DNA of 28,254 nucleotides, from contig JANKJI020000004.1 of assembly GCA_024626585.2 (NCBI GenBank), positions 28,415,471-28,443,724 of the forward strand, written 5' to 3'. This stretch comes from Ginkgo biloba (lineage: Eukaryota; Plantae; Ginkgophyta). Positions 10,439 to 22,062 of the stretch are shown in pieces (positions within the stretch are counted from its first letter, which is position 1; each line of letters begins with the position of its first letter). The notes beneath the pieces were generated by a model, which saw only the letters and a list, made by a program, of their open reading frames with translations, was not told the DNA's origin and made no database searches. The position numbers and the translations under genes are program-made.

Positions 10439-10760
10439 GTCCTATCGGAACTACATAATGGTGTGTAGAAAAATAACAAGAGGTCCCATGGAGCCGACTT
10501 ACTGAATTTTTTGTGGAGCATTTGACCAAAAGCATAGGAGTAAACTATCTAGGCGACAACATCATTGCCTAAAAATCACTCCATTTTTGTTGATTACTTA
10601 TTAGAGTACGCATGGATAATCTAGAGACGTAGATGACATCCCATCTGCGATCCGAATATTTTGGAGTTTTACTCCAAAAACATATCCCAAATGAATCTAC
10701 CACGTGTTATCTGAGTGGTGGTCAATAGTCGGCGTTAAGTCACTCACCAATGTCGCCATC
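10439..10760 (+). repeat. Duplication copy B, 3' part
   Basis: GTCCTATCG.AACTACATA...GAGGTCCCATGGAG...GTGGTGGTCAATAGTCGG.GTTAAGTCACTC is shared with 6287-6615. Confidence 0.9.
10537..10675. mobile_element. Third MITE copy, at the same insertion site as 6400-6539 (co-duplicated with its flanks)
   Basis: GGAGTAAACTATCTAGGCGAC...TTTACTCC, flanked by AAAAGCATA (10528-10536) and AAAAACATA (10676-10684). The left arm has an internal deletion. Confidence 0.8.
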
Positions 10761-11230
10761 CAATAGGTGCAAAAACTGACCAAGAACAATAATCATAGAT
10801 CCGTTTTTTTAATAAAAAAAATAAAATTTTGTCATGTGACACCAAAATTTCAACTTAGATGTGGCAATGGAAAGTGTGAAAGTGGGAAACAATAGCAGGT
10901 TAGCTGTCTCCATGGGGAAGTGTGAAAACATAATCTATTCAATACGCGTGAGTGGTGCCCTGGATGGTTTACTCCGTGCTTCAATGGTCGGCGTTAAGTC
11001 TTACAACTGTTGAAAAAACGTACAGAATTAAAATTCCATATCTTATCCGAATCAACCACGTGTTATCTTGAGTGGGGCTAAAACACCAATTGAGTGGTGT
11101 TATCTATGAATAAGTCTTATCTTATTCATAGCTCCAATTTTTTAATTAAAAAAATTAAATGTTTTCATGGGACATGACACCAAATTTTCAACTTCATGCT
11201 GAAAAATAGCAATTTAGCTGTAAGCATGGG
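10693..11230 (+). promoter_or_regulatory. P450 proximal upstream region built from a degenerate ~350-bp tandem, with G-boxes and DRE/CRT cores
   Basis: GAATC(T/A)ACCACGTGTTATCT(T)GAGTGG at 10693 and 11049 (CACGTG at 10701-10706 and 11057-11062). GTCGGCGTTAAGTC at 10728 and 10987 (GCCGAC on the - strand). TGACACCAAA.TTTCAACTT and AATAGCA..TTAGCTGT each occur twice. Function is inferred only. Confidence 0.5.
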
Positions 11231-11406
11231 ATATTAAATAAGCCTTCCAACGGGTGGAATGGAATGCTAAAAGTTGGGATTGCAGTGCATAGATTAAGAG
11301 TCTGTTGTTGTTGCAAATTGCAATTAGCTGTTTACAATAAATTTGAATAGATCTGAGTGTTGATTTTCCATCGAAACCTTCCCTTGCTCTGCTAAACGCT
11401 ATTGAC

Positions 11407-13079
11407 ATGGATTCTCCGAACGCGGACAGACCTCCTTGGATGCTCTTCTTTTATTATTTGTTGGGAAGCGTTTCGTTGTTAACGCTGATTTTGAATGTCT
11501 GGTTTATTAAGAAGAAGGCGAGGTTGCCTCCTGGACCTCCTGGTTGGCCACTTGTTGGAAATCTCTTCCAATTGGGCCAGAAACCCAACGTATCGCTGGC
11601 TGCCCTTGCTAGGAAATATGGTCCTCTCATGACCCTCCGTCTCGGAATGCAAACGGTGGTGGTGGTTTCGTCGCCTGGCATGGCCAAAGAGTTTCTCACC
11701 AAGAATGACAACATATTCTCGGGTCGGACCACCAAGCACGTAGTCGAGTCTCATTCCTTCAACCAAGCTTCCATATCATGGAGGCAATCTGGGCCTCGCT
11801 GGCGTCTGCTCAGAAGAATCTGCAACAACGAGCTGTTCAGTGCAAAGAGAATGGAAGCCCTGAAACATCTCAGAAGAGACCAGGTCTTTGGCACAATGCA
11901 ACTCATTCATGACCATTATTATGCCAAGGGGAAAAGTGTGGACATTGGCCAGACGATCTTCGTCGCCAGCTTCAACCTCTTGGGCAACATGATCTTCTCC
12001 CAAAACGTGTTAAACCCACACTCTGAAGCTTCAGACGAATTCAAGGAAACAGTTTGGAAATTGATGGAGATTGCGGGAACACCCAACGTGACAGATATAT
12101 TTCCTTTTCTTCAATTCTTAGACCCTCAGGGTCTGAGACGCGAGGCAAATATTTACATGGCGAAAGTCTATGCGGTGTTTGAGAAATTCATACAGAGTCG
12201 CCTTGCATCTCGATCTCAAAACAGCTGCGCTGATCCAGACAGTAACGGTAACGGTAACGGTAACGACTTTCTGGATATCTTGCTGGACTTCAGAGGCGAT
12301 GGCAAAGGCGAGGTTGCGCAATTTACCCACTCAGACATTAAGGGACTCTTATTTGTAAGGACTGGCTATTTTCTATGTACTGTTTTTCCTTGGGATTCTC
12401 TTTGAAAAATTGAGATCATGCTAATCGTATTATTATGCTCTGGCAGGACATGTTTCTTGCAGGCAGTGAAACGACATCTTCCACGATAGAATGGGCAATG
12501 GCAGAGATGATTCGCAAACCGCAGACAATGAAGCGACTCCAAGAAGAATTGGAGGCCGTAGTTGGGCGGCATCGGAGAGTAGAAGAGAGTGACATACAAA
12601 ATCTGCCTTATCTGCACGCAGTGATAACGGAGGTGCTCCGTTTGCATCCAGCGGTTCCTCTACTGCTCCCACACACATCGGAGGCGGCGTGTGAGGTAGG
12701 AGGGTACGTGATACCCCAGAAGAGCCAGCTGTTAGTCAACGTGTGGGCCATCGGAAGGGATCCTGCAATCTGGAGGGACCCCTTGGAGTTCGTTCCGGAC
12801 AGATTTTTAGAGTGTGGTGATGAAATGGATTACAAGGGACACAACTTCGACCTGATTCCGTTCGGGGCAGGAAGGAGGATTTGCGTTGGGCTTCCGTTGG
12901 CTAATCGTATGCTACACCTCGTGGTAGCGTCTTTGCTTCACTCTTTCGACTGGCGCCTTCCGGACGGGCAGGAATCTTATGAAGAAATGGATATGACCGA
13001 AAAACTCGGGATCACTCTGCAGAAAGCCGTTCCCTTAACTGCAATCCCCACACCCCGTCTGCCCTCCCACATCTACTAG
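11407..13079 (+). CDS. CYP76: Cytochrome P450, CYP71 clan, CYP76 family; 2 exons (11407-12354, 12447-13079), 526 aa
   Basis: N-terminal membrane anchor followed by LPPGPPGWPLVGNL, then KYGPLMTLRLG, WRLLRRIC (helix C), DFLDILL (helix H), I-helix DMFLAGSETTSSTIEWAMAE, ExxR (EVLRLHP), PDRF and heme motif PFGAGRRICVG. Exon 1 is 948 bp (316 codons) and exon 2 is 633 bp including TAG; the spliced frame is intact. Family assigned from motif resemblance. Confidence 0.93.
12244..12264 (+). repeat. In-frame coding hexamer repeat (AACGGT)3AAC encoding NGNGNGN
   Basis: AAC GGT AAC GGT AAC GGT AAC lies directly before GAC TTT CTG GAT (DFLD). Confidence 0.85.
12355..12446 (+). other. 92-bp phase-0 GT-AG intron of the P450
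   Basis: Donor TTT|GTAAGG at 12355, branch-like CTAAT at 12421-12425, acceptor GGCAG|GAC at 12446. It joins IKGLLF to DMFLAG, the conserved intron position of A-type plant P450s. Confidence 0.93.
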
Positions 13080-16000
13080 CGTTTTCCTTCGTCTATTCTT
13101 TTCCTACAACGTGAACATGAGTTTCTGCTTATTGCTTATAAGTAAAAGCTTTTGGTATTGTCATTCATTTTCTTATTTCTTCCATCGAGAGCTACTTGTA
13201 TTACGAAATGACAATTGCAAGGCAAAACTAGTTGAGTCTCTTGGAATCCCTTGGCCTTATATTGCTTAGTAATGAATTTTTTTTTGTTCGATGTATTTCC
13301 TAGAATAATTTATTTTCTTCGCACATGGATCACTTGTTATCCTCACATTACTTTTTTGAAATTGTCTTATGCATGTTTTCTACAAAATTTGTGTAAATCA
13401 AACTTTAGGACTGCGTAGAACCCACTTGCAAGGTTAGTTGCACGCCATCCTATAGTTATTGCCCATTATTTTTCTAGTCCCATTTTAGTGCAAAGGATAG
13501 GAAAAATTGCCTCAAAGATCACGAGGGGTAAGAGTCATTCCTTCCATAAGGAGTGCACTGTAAATGCCATTTTCCTTCTCAAGCGTCTACTCTCTTCAAT
13601 AGCTTTGAGATGGATTGTCTTTGTTTCCCATGTGTATAGTGCATATGCCTTATTATAACTTTGTTTGAATTATTTCCTTTAATGATAGTTCAATTTCAAA
13701 TTGCATTTCTAATCTTTGCATTTTCCATTTAGTGTAATTAATTTCACTTGAGTCTCTTTCTCCCTTCTTGTCTCTACTTTTTAAGCAATATGCTTGTTAG
13801 AAATTTTGGTGCCAATCTAAATGTTAGATGATTATAAAACACAAAAAATCAAAAATTTAGTAGTATACAACAATCACAACAAATGTGTTATTTATCTTGT
13901 TAATGCATTTGTGGGCTTAATACAGAAACACTATATTAACATTAGGAAATTGGTTCCCTTGCCCCCGCAAAAAAAAAATGTCTTAAAATTCATATGCTTT
14001 ACTTACACTTACCTTATATCAGTTGTCCATTCAAATTTTTCTCTTGAACACATGGTTTTTAAATTTATAACCACTTTAGATTTCACATGAATTGTAAGAT
14101 TAGAAGATAACATTAAACTTGTAACCTTATCGTAATGTAGAATAGGATGCTTAATATATAATGTATTTTTTAACACTTCATCACTTCCATTGCCACTGCC
14201 ATTGCTATAGTGTTATACACTATTGCCAAAATTCATTGCCATTGTAGTTTTGAATTATAGATATATTAATATATACATTTTAAAATTATGTACATTTATA
14301 ATTAAAGACACTAAAACATCTATCTGCAATAATGTGTTTACATTTGTGGCTACAAGTTCAAGTATATATATGACATAAGGTACAAAATATAATAAAGTCA
14401 ACTTTAGAGTATATACTACCAAATTTTATAAGACGTGTATAATTAGCCATGTCTGTCGTATAAGGCATTCACATTATTGTAATGAATAAACCATCCATAT
14501 TAACCATTTAAAAATTAAATAATAATAATTTACAAATGAACATCAATAAAAAATCACAATTACGTTGCTCACTAAGGTAACAATGAAATAGTTTTACCAT
14601 TTTCTTTGAATCCCTACTAGCTAAGCTATCCCTTTTAAACATAAAAGTTGTTTCCTTTGTGGTGATCTTCATGATAAAAGATTAATTAAGAACAAGTCAA
14701 AATATATAGGCAAAGATATTAAAATTAAATAAGTCAAACAAACTAGATATGCAAATATAAATATATGAAAAGCAGATAAGAAAGGATAATATCCATAGAA
14801 AACTATATGTTAGAACACCCTTCCCTCATTTTAGTGAATTCATTATCTAACATTCTTTATCTCTAAATGGGTATGTGAATGGATTTATGGGAAGTAAATA
14901 TAAAGGAAATAATGGGTAATTAAGGAGGATTTTCATTATATTATTCTCCAACTATGAAGAAAGCCATTCATACATTTATAACTCCTATGAGGACATAAAA
15001 GGGTGATGAATTAAAATATGTTTATTTATATATCCTCCCCCCATTTATATAATATATTTATTCTGTATATATCCCAATAAATTGAATGCATTCACACTCT
15101 CAACATATAACCACAAACTCAATTAGATTTTATGCCATACATATCCATATAATTCATCTAATAATTCTATTAATTAATTAAAATATAATTAAATTTTAAT
15201 CAAAGNNNNNNNNNNNNNNNNNNNNNNNNNNNNNNNNNNNNNNNNNNNNNNNNNNNNNNNNNNNNNNNNNNNNNNNNNNNNNNNNNNNNNNNNNNNNNNN
15301 NNNNNTTGATAATGCATTTAATCAAAAAAAAAAAAAAATTATACAAAAAATTACTAGAAATGTAAACCATGCATTATATCTAGACATGTATGCATGCCAC
15401 GCATTAAATACCCAAAGTATTTTCTCCCTTACTACACACATAAATGCATATTTGACTATAAAGTCTCATCAAATTATATTATATGTAAATATGTATATAT
15501 TAAAAACAAAAAAATATGCTAATCATTTTATCCCTTGCTACAAACATATAATATGCACATCCAACCTCTTTATAAATAATTAAATTTGTGGTGTATATTA
15601 CTAGAAAATTATATTGCCTATAATACTTGATCTCAACTACATATTTATTACATGCTAATCATCTTATCATTAAAAAATGATTATATTTATAAACATAGTT
15701 AACGAATATAATAAACTTATTTTCAATGATCTAAATCATAATAATTGTATAATTTGATCAATACATGCTTAATTCAATGCATATATATATAAGTAGAGCT
15801 TATTGTAAAATTTATGCAAAAATAAAATAGTGATAGAAATTACTATAAGAAATCTCTCTACTAATAAGCCTAAATAGAGAAATGGAAATGCCTTCATGCC
15901 AAAATCCTAAGTAATGTACCCATAATCCTAGGTCAAATTAATTAGGACCATTCACTCTTAGAATTACTCTTTCATCCATCAATAGGCCATTGTGATTATT

Positions 16001-16374
16001 TCCATTTATACATTTTATAGAGATTCATGGTAGATGTTGACTTGTCTTCAACATAATAACAAAAATACACTTGAAGGCAAACTACAAAATAAACGTGGGC
16101 TTGAGGTTGCAACATTTAAATGTCTAACAAATAGTAATCAAGGGTCAATGCCCCTATCCCTCATTAGCCACTTTGGCATTAATCACATGTAGCTTATTGT
16201 GTTGACTTTTAAATGAAGAATGCCATCCTTCTCAATAGGAACTTAAAGGAAGAAACCAATTGCCTTCAATGGTTAGATTGAATATTCTAGTTAGTGATGG
16301 ATTGTAATCTTAATATAATTAGTTATATTATAAATTCATGAGTTGGGATGGAATTTATCTTTGGCTCTAGAAGT

Positions 16375-16793
16375 TGTTTCAATAGTTATACTAATAATAA
16401 TTAGTTCATTGAATTGAAATATAAAAGAAATAACATCTTTGCATAACATAAGACATAAGAGAAGTAGGATGGAACAAAGAAACCTGAGAGTAAAACCAAC
16501 AATAGATTCTTCTTGTTCTCATTCTCATCAATATAGGTCATGAGCCTTTTATAACAACAATACCAACAATGAGGTGCTAAAAACATGACTAGATATATTC
16601 GAACTAAAACATGCCTAAATTAAACAAGAATAGACATCAAGATATATGTGAACTAATCTTGAACTAGTCGTGACATGTAAACAGAGAAATAGGCATATAT
16701 AATGCCAAAAATAGACATGCAAATCGTGTAATGACCTTGCATGTTAATGAAATATGGTAGGCATGTGTAGCTAACTTTCTAATACTCCCCCTT
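16375..16793 (-). mobile_element. Polypurine tract and 3' LTR of the copia element
   Basis: Minus-strand AAGGGGGAG (16793-16785) is followed immediately by TATTAG (degenerate TGTT) at 16784, with an internal TATAAAAGG near 16550. The distal ...AACA end at 16375 is tentative. Confidence 0.65.
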
Positions 16794-16795
16794 AA

Positions 16796-18330
16796 CCAAC
16801 ATCCACTAAAATATTTTTGACTATTCTAGTCTTCTCTTTGCATAGTAAGTGTTTATTTCTGGGAAGAGTTGTTGTAAACATATATGCACACATATCATTC
16901 ATGTTGCAAAATACTAGACCAACTTCACCAACTATCTTCTTCTCTCAAATAGAATGATATTGGATTATTGTATGAAAATTAGGATTTTTTGTTAGAGCTA
17001 TGCAATTTTGATTATCATATAAAATCATAGTGGACTTTTGTTGTTCATATCCCATATCTATAAGTAATCTTCTCAACCAAACAATGTTTAAGTGCTAGAT
17101 AGTGCAATTATATGTTGCTGCTTGCTCCTCTAGCTTACCAAGCTTTTACTAAGTTGAAAATAATATCCCATTATAGATTGCCTTCTATCTACATCTCCCG
17201 AATAGTCTGAGTCATAATACCCAAAGACTTATGAAGCATTGCTTTCAACATTACTCCCTCTAAAATCAATACGATGATTAATTGTACCGTTCAAAGATCT
17301 AATAATCCATTTTATAACAACCCAATGCTACGTTCCAAGATTTGATAGCTATTGGATTATCATTCCAACCATAAAAGTAATATCCGATCTTATGCAAACA
17401 TTAGACTTCTAACAATATTATGATATGGAATGAGTTGCATTTTCTCTTTTTCTTCTATAGTTTTGGGCACATGTATATCTTTTGATAGTATACTACTTGT
17501 TTATGCAAGAGTGCTAATTGGTTTACACATCTCCATTACAAACCTTTTGAGAATACCTTTAATATATCTCTGTTGATTAAGATGGATAGAATGTGTGCTC
17601 CTATTTCGCTATATTTGTATGCCCAAGAAATAGTGAATTACTCCATGATTAGTGATTTCAAACTCATAAGATAACATATTCTTTGTATCGTTAAGCAACA
17701 TAAGATCATTACTAACTATAATTACATCATTTACATATAAAGAAATTATAACTTTAAACTCTTCTGATCTTTAGGCATACACATTAGAATCTATATTGTT
17801 CTTTATAAAACCATTATTATAAAGATACCTATCAATACGCTGATACCAAGCACTTGGGGACTATATAAACCCATATAATGATTTCTTGAGCTTGCAAACT
17901 AAGATTTCATTCCTTGGAGCTACATATTATTTTGGTTGATCTATGTAGATGTCCTCCTCTAGTTCTCCATTAAGAAAAGTAGTCTTGACATCCATTTGAT
18001 GGATCTCTAAGTCATCAACAACATTAATAGCAAGTAAAACTTGAATCGATGTTATTTTAACCACTAGGGAAATAGTATCATGAGAATTAATACTTGTAAC
18101 TCAAGTGACAATCCTTTTGATACCAAGCATACCTTATAGTGATCAATAGTACCATCATCTTTAAACTTTTTCCTAAATAAGCATTTACATCTAACTGTCT
18201 TTCTTCTAGGTGGAAGAGAGGTTAAAGTCCATATGTTATTTTGGATTAGTGATGCATATTCTGCATCGAGTGCCTTTTTCCACTTAATTGATTCTAAACT
18301 TCTCAAAGCCTCTATTAAGATTTTGTGGTT
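16796..18330 (-). mobile_element. Decayed Ty1/copia pol (reverse transcriptase and RNase H)
   Basis: WKKALDAEYASLIQNNIWTLTSLPPRRKTVRCKCLFRKK..DGTIDHYKVCLVSKG, HQMDVKTTFLNGELEEDIYIDQP, VCKLKKSLYG, YVND (YVDD motif), YDSDYSGDVDRRQS, LYDNQNCIALTKNPNFH. Many stops and frameshifts. Confidence 0.93.
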
Positions 18331-18659
18331 CTGTTGAATTAGCTATCAAAGAATAAACAAGTTGAGTTAATTCAATCACTTTAAGGGTTCAGTCTTTTGG
18401 TTTCTTTCTGATCATCAAAGTACTAGGGATTCAATAACTTATTCTTCAATTGTATATTTATCTACAATATGAATGACACCTTCATCTTCATCTATGTTGT
18501 CTTCAACATATACATCTTTAAAGCCATCTTATTTGACTTCAAACTCATTACCAACTTTAGGAGATCTCTTTCTTTGCCTTCCTTGTTATAATCATTCTCA
18601 TCGACATATCTTTGTGTATTCTTGATGTAATAACTAAAGACAAAAAATAGAAATATTTA

Positions 18660-18900
18660 TGACATTGGTTCCATTTTCAAATAGAGAAAATATAGTCAGT
18701 CATACTAGAATTCTAGAATATTCTCGGTTATTTATAAGATTTGGAAAAAATTCTAAATAATTTAGACCAAAGAAAAGGTTGAAAGGTATGTAGGAGGATT
18801 TGTTAGATCTACTCAAGAAATTATTTAAAGGATCATCAATGGATGTAAAAAGAGCATTTCGGGAGTCTAATGGTGTTGTGGATTTAAATGAAGAAATTAT
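18660..18900 (+). mobile_element. Highly decayed Ty3/gypsy gag-like fragment
   Basis: KEKVERYVGGFVRSTQEII resembles the gag E-K-V-E-R-Y-V-G-G-L motif. Little else is recognisable. Confidence 0.4.
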
Positions 18901-19649
18901 TTCAAGTCTAAGACCAAGAAAGGAGTTCATGAACTAAAAATGGTCATAATTCCATAAGTTGTAAGTATCACATAGAAATCTTAGTAAGAGATCTAAGATT
19001 ATGTGGAATAATCATAAATTTTAAATTCTAAGCAAGCTTACAAGAAGGTTTGAAGGAAGAAAGGGATGATTTCAAAACTCTCTTTTCCTAAAAATGTACA
19101 ATTATTTTGTTAATTATCCAAGAATAACCAATCCTAAACCAAGAAGATGTCCACATCTAGTTGTATCAAGTCAACAAGTGAAAATTCTTCAAAGAATCAT
19201 CATGATCTAGTATTATGTCAATTATAGAGTCATAATGTCTATTAATTTGCTCTAAATTTATTAANNNNNNNNNNNNNNNNNNNNNNNNNNNNNNNNNNNN
19301 NNNNNNNNNNNNNNNNNNNNNNNNNNNNNNNNNNNNNNNNNNNNNNNNNNNNNNNNNNNNNNNNNNNNNNNNNNNNNNNNNNNNNNNNNNNNNNNNNNNN
19401 NNNNNNNNNNNNNNNNNNNNNNNNNNNNNNNNNNNNNNNNNNNNNNNNNNNNNNNNNNNNNNNNNNNNNNNNNNNNNNNNNNNNNNNNNNNNNNNNNNNN
19501 NNNNNNNNNNNNNNNNNNNNNNNNNNNNNNNNNNNNNNNNNNNNNNNNNNNNNNNNNNNNNNNNNNNNNNNNNNNNNNNNNNNNNNNNNNNNNNNNNNNN
19601 NNNNNNNNNNNNNNNNNNNNNNNNNNNNNNNNNCTATGAAATGGAGAGA

Positions 19650-20000
19650 GGTCATTACAACTCTTAGAGGACCATCTCAAACTAGTATCGAAAGACCAAT
19701 ATCATCTAAAATTGATAATATTAGAATGTAGTAGAAACTACATATAAGAATACTTATTCATATCTTAAACCTACACACACTACTTTTAATGAGTTGAAGA
19801 ATCTTTGACAAAAAAAGTACAAGTCTATTAAGGAAAATAATGGACAATTCAAAGCCTTGATAGGGAAATTACCTTACACTATTCCTAAAGAGCAAAAAAT
19901 TCACTGGTTCGTAGCTGGTTTGACTTTGAGCATCAGAGCTCAAGTTAAATAAGAAAGTCCAAAGACATATCATGATGCAGTATTGTTGACGGCTCTTTAT
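19650..20000 (+). mobile_element. Ty3/gypsy gag fragment (pseudogenised)
   Basis: From 19788: NELKNL*QKKYKSIKENNGQFKALIGKLPYTIPKEQKIHWFVAGLTLSIRAQVK*ESPKTYHDAVLL, matching the retrotransposon gag LxQ...SVxEY..RF..L / FxxGL...IR...V...PxT...A pattern. Confidence 0.72.
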
Positions 20001-20867
20001 GTACCACATATTATAAGTAATTGACACTGTATTCCCTATAGTAATTTCACAAAGACGATAACACAAGGGAAGATAAACTTCCTCCACTATAATAGGGTGG
20101 TTCCCTTATTTCTCAAAGAAAGAAAAGTTATACTAAGTGGGATGGTATTTACACAAAATATATTTACCCTGAATATACACAAAAAAGATACAAATGTTTG
20201 ATCATTTTATTTCTTATAAGGAAAAAAGGAGGGTGGTACAATGATGAAAGTAAAAGGAGAACATTCATATTAAGGGATTTATCACTAAAATTTGTATGAT
20301 GGCATAACCAGAATTTATGCATTACTAATAAAGTATATTTTAATCAAGGAAAGAGGCAACTATGAACATGAATGCGAGTTGATATTTGACAATGGCATCA
20401 CCATCCCTCTAGATTCATTAGCAAGTAAGATATGTACAACACATTGGAAACTATCGAGAATCTTAAGTTCTGAACACCCTCTTAATTACACTTCACAATG
20501 GCATGGCCAAAAATAAAATTCCTTCTGGTAGCTCTTAATTTTAGGGAGCAACTTGGTACACTACTTACAATTACTAACGATGGCACCACCAGACTACTCT
20601 TGTAAACTAATATGTCGATAAGAGTTTGATTACTTTAAATATTCAATAACATCTCTAGATGAGTCTATAAAGTAAATCAACATATTATTTAATAAGAGAC
20701 AATTATTTTAAGAAATACACTATGGCATCACTAGAAGTATAGTTATGGAACAAGTTTTTTCTTTATAAATAAATTATTCAAATAACTCCCATTTACAAAT
20801 CAGATATTCAAAATTACCAACTCTTAATACAAGTGGATGACAAAGGGGTAAAGATGAAAAATAAAAA

Positions 20868-21454
20868 TGATTAAGAGAACGATTAATGTCATATTTTCTA
20901 GTAGTGATGGGGACCATCACAAACTAAGTAGGGTGGAATTGATATATCATGCATCTAGTTTTGCTTATCTTCTTACACTCCATCTTAATAATTTTATTAT
21001 TACTCATTTCCTTCACATAAATTTATATAATGAAGGTCAATGATACATTTAGTTAGTAAATTTATGTTATAAGTAAATATTTACTTAAAGTAAGAGTAAT
21101 TCCTTATTATTTAAATCTTAATTGGTTATTTTGTGCGCACTTACCAATCACCATTAGTTTAGATTAAGTTTTTCTAATTTATATTATTAGAATTAGGTTT
21201 ATTATTTCCAGATTAGCGATTTCTTATAAATCCATGTAATTAGTTCATTCTCAATCATAATTATAATTAAGAGAGGATAATCAAAGAGTCAAAACCAAGT
21301 TTGGACTCTCAAATAAATTTTTAAGTTTGTATCTTGTGGTACATGAATTCTTTTAGATTTTGTTAATTGTTTCAATCTCTCAAATCCTTAAGAAATTAAG
21401 AAGAATCTCTTTATTAGGATATTTTGGTATGGAATTAGATCTACTCTTAGAACA
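20868..21454 (+). mobile_element. Putative solo LTR (~587 bp)
   Basis: TGATTAAGAG...CTCTTAGAACA imperfect inverted termini, flanks AAAAA/CAAAA (4/5), internal TATAAAT near 21225. Homology to the 1072 copy begins at the TG. Confidence 0.55.
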
Positions 21455-22018
21455 CAAAAGTTCTTATAAGGATAAAAATACTTTATCATACTACTCACAT
21501 ATAAGTCGATGAAATTTTGGTTTATAATTTTCAAGGCCTTTTCAATTATTTTAGTAAATATTTCAAAATAAAAAAAATACTCAAAAGGTTAAAAACTTTA
21601 AGGTATAAAAGTTTCAGGCCATACGAATGTTGGCATAAAAATTAAGGCAAAAGATAAGTTTTAGATTGAATTAAGATTTTTTTAGTAATAACTTTCTATT
21701 CTAATCACTTTTATCTCTCGGCACATATTCTAATCTGTATTACTTTGGGAGATATAATACATTCTTTAAATACATAAAGGCAACACTAAATGCTAGAGAT
21801 ATAAACTTTCGTCCTACTCAAGGTTCCATCTTTAAGAATCACCTCCATAGCACATCAACATAACACTTATAAATTGGTTTAGGCTCTATTAGAGGTAGTT
21901 ATTAGAATTTAATATTTCCATTCTTAAATTAAATCCCTCAGGAGATAGTAATGTTTAAAGTAAATTTAGGTATGCACACATTAACTTATATATTTTATCA
22001 CCTAATTTTCACTAAAAT

Positions 22019-22019
22019 A

Positions 22020-22062
<43 letters not shown>
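22019..22062. repeat. (TA)n(CA)n microsatellite
   Basis: Directly visible. Confidence 0.95.

Noticed and set aside
11231-11345. TATA box for the P450
   Set aside because: Only non-canonical AT-rich candidates, which cannot be chosen between without TSS data.
12355-12446. Two separate P450 ORFs or a frameshifted pseudogene
   Set aside because: A canonical 92-bp intron joins them in frame.
11454-12678. Several antisense or alternative-frame ORFs over the P450
   Set aside because: They are shadows of a GC-rich coding sequence with no recognisable motifs.
13560-13660. Minus-strand KAYALYTWETKTI resembling copia integrase C-terminus
   Set aside because: A single short motif with no supporting context.
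20903-20920. Hairpin as a Helitron 3' end
   Set aside because: No correctly spaced CTRR terminus, and homology between the copies continues on both sides.
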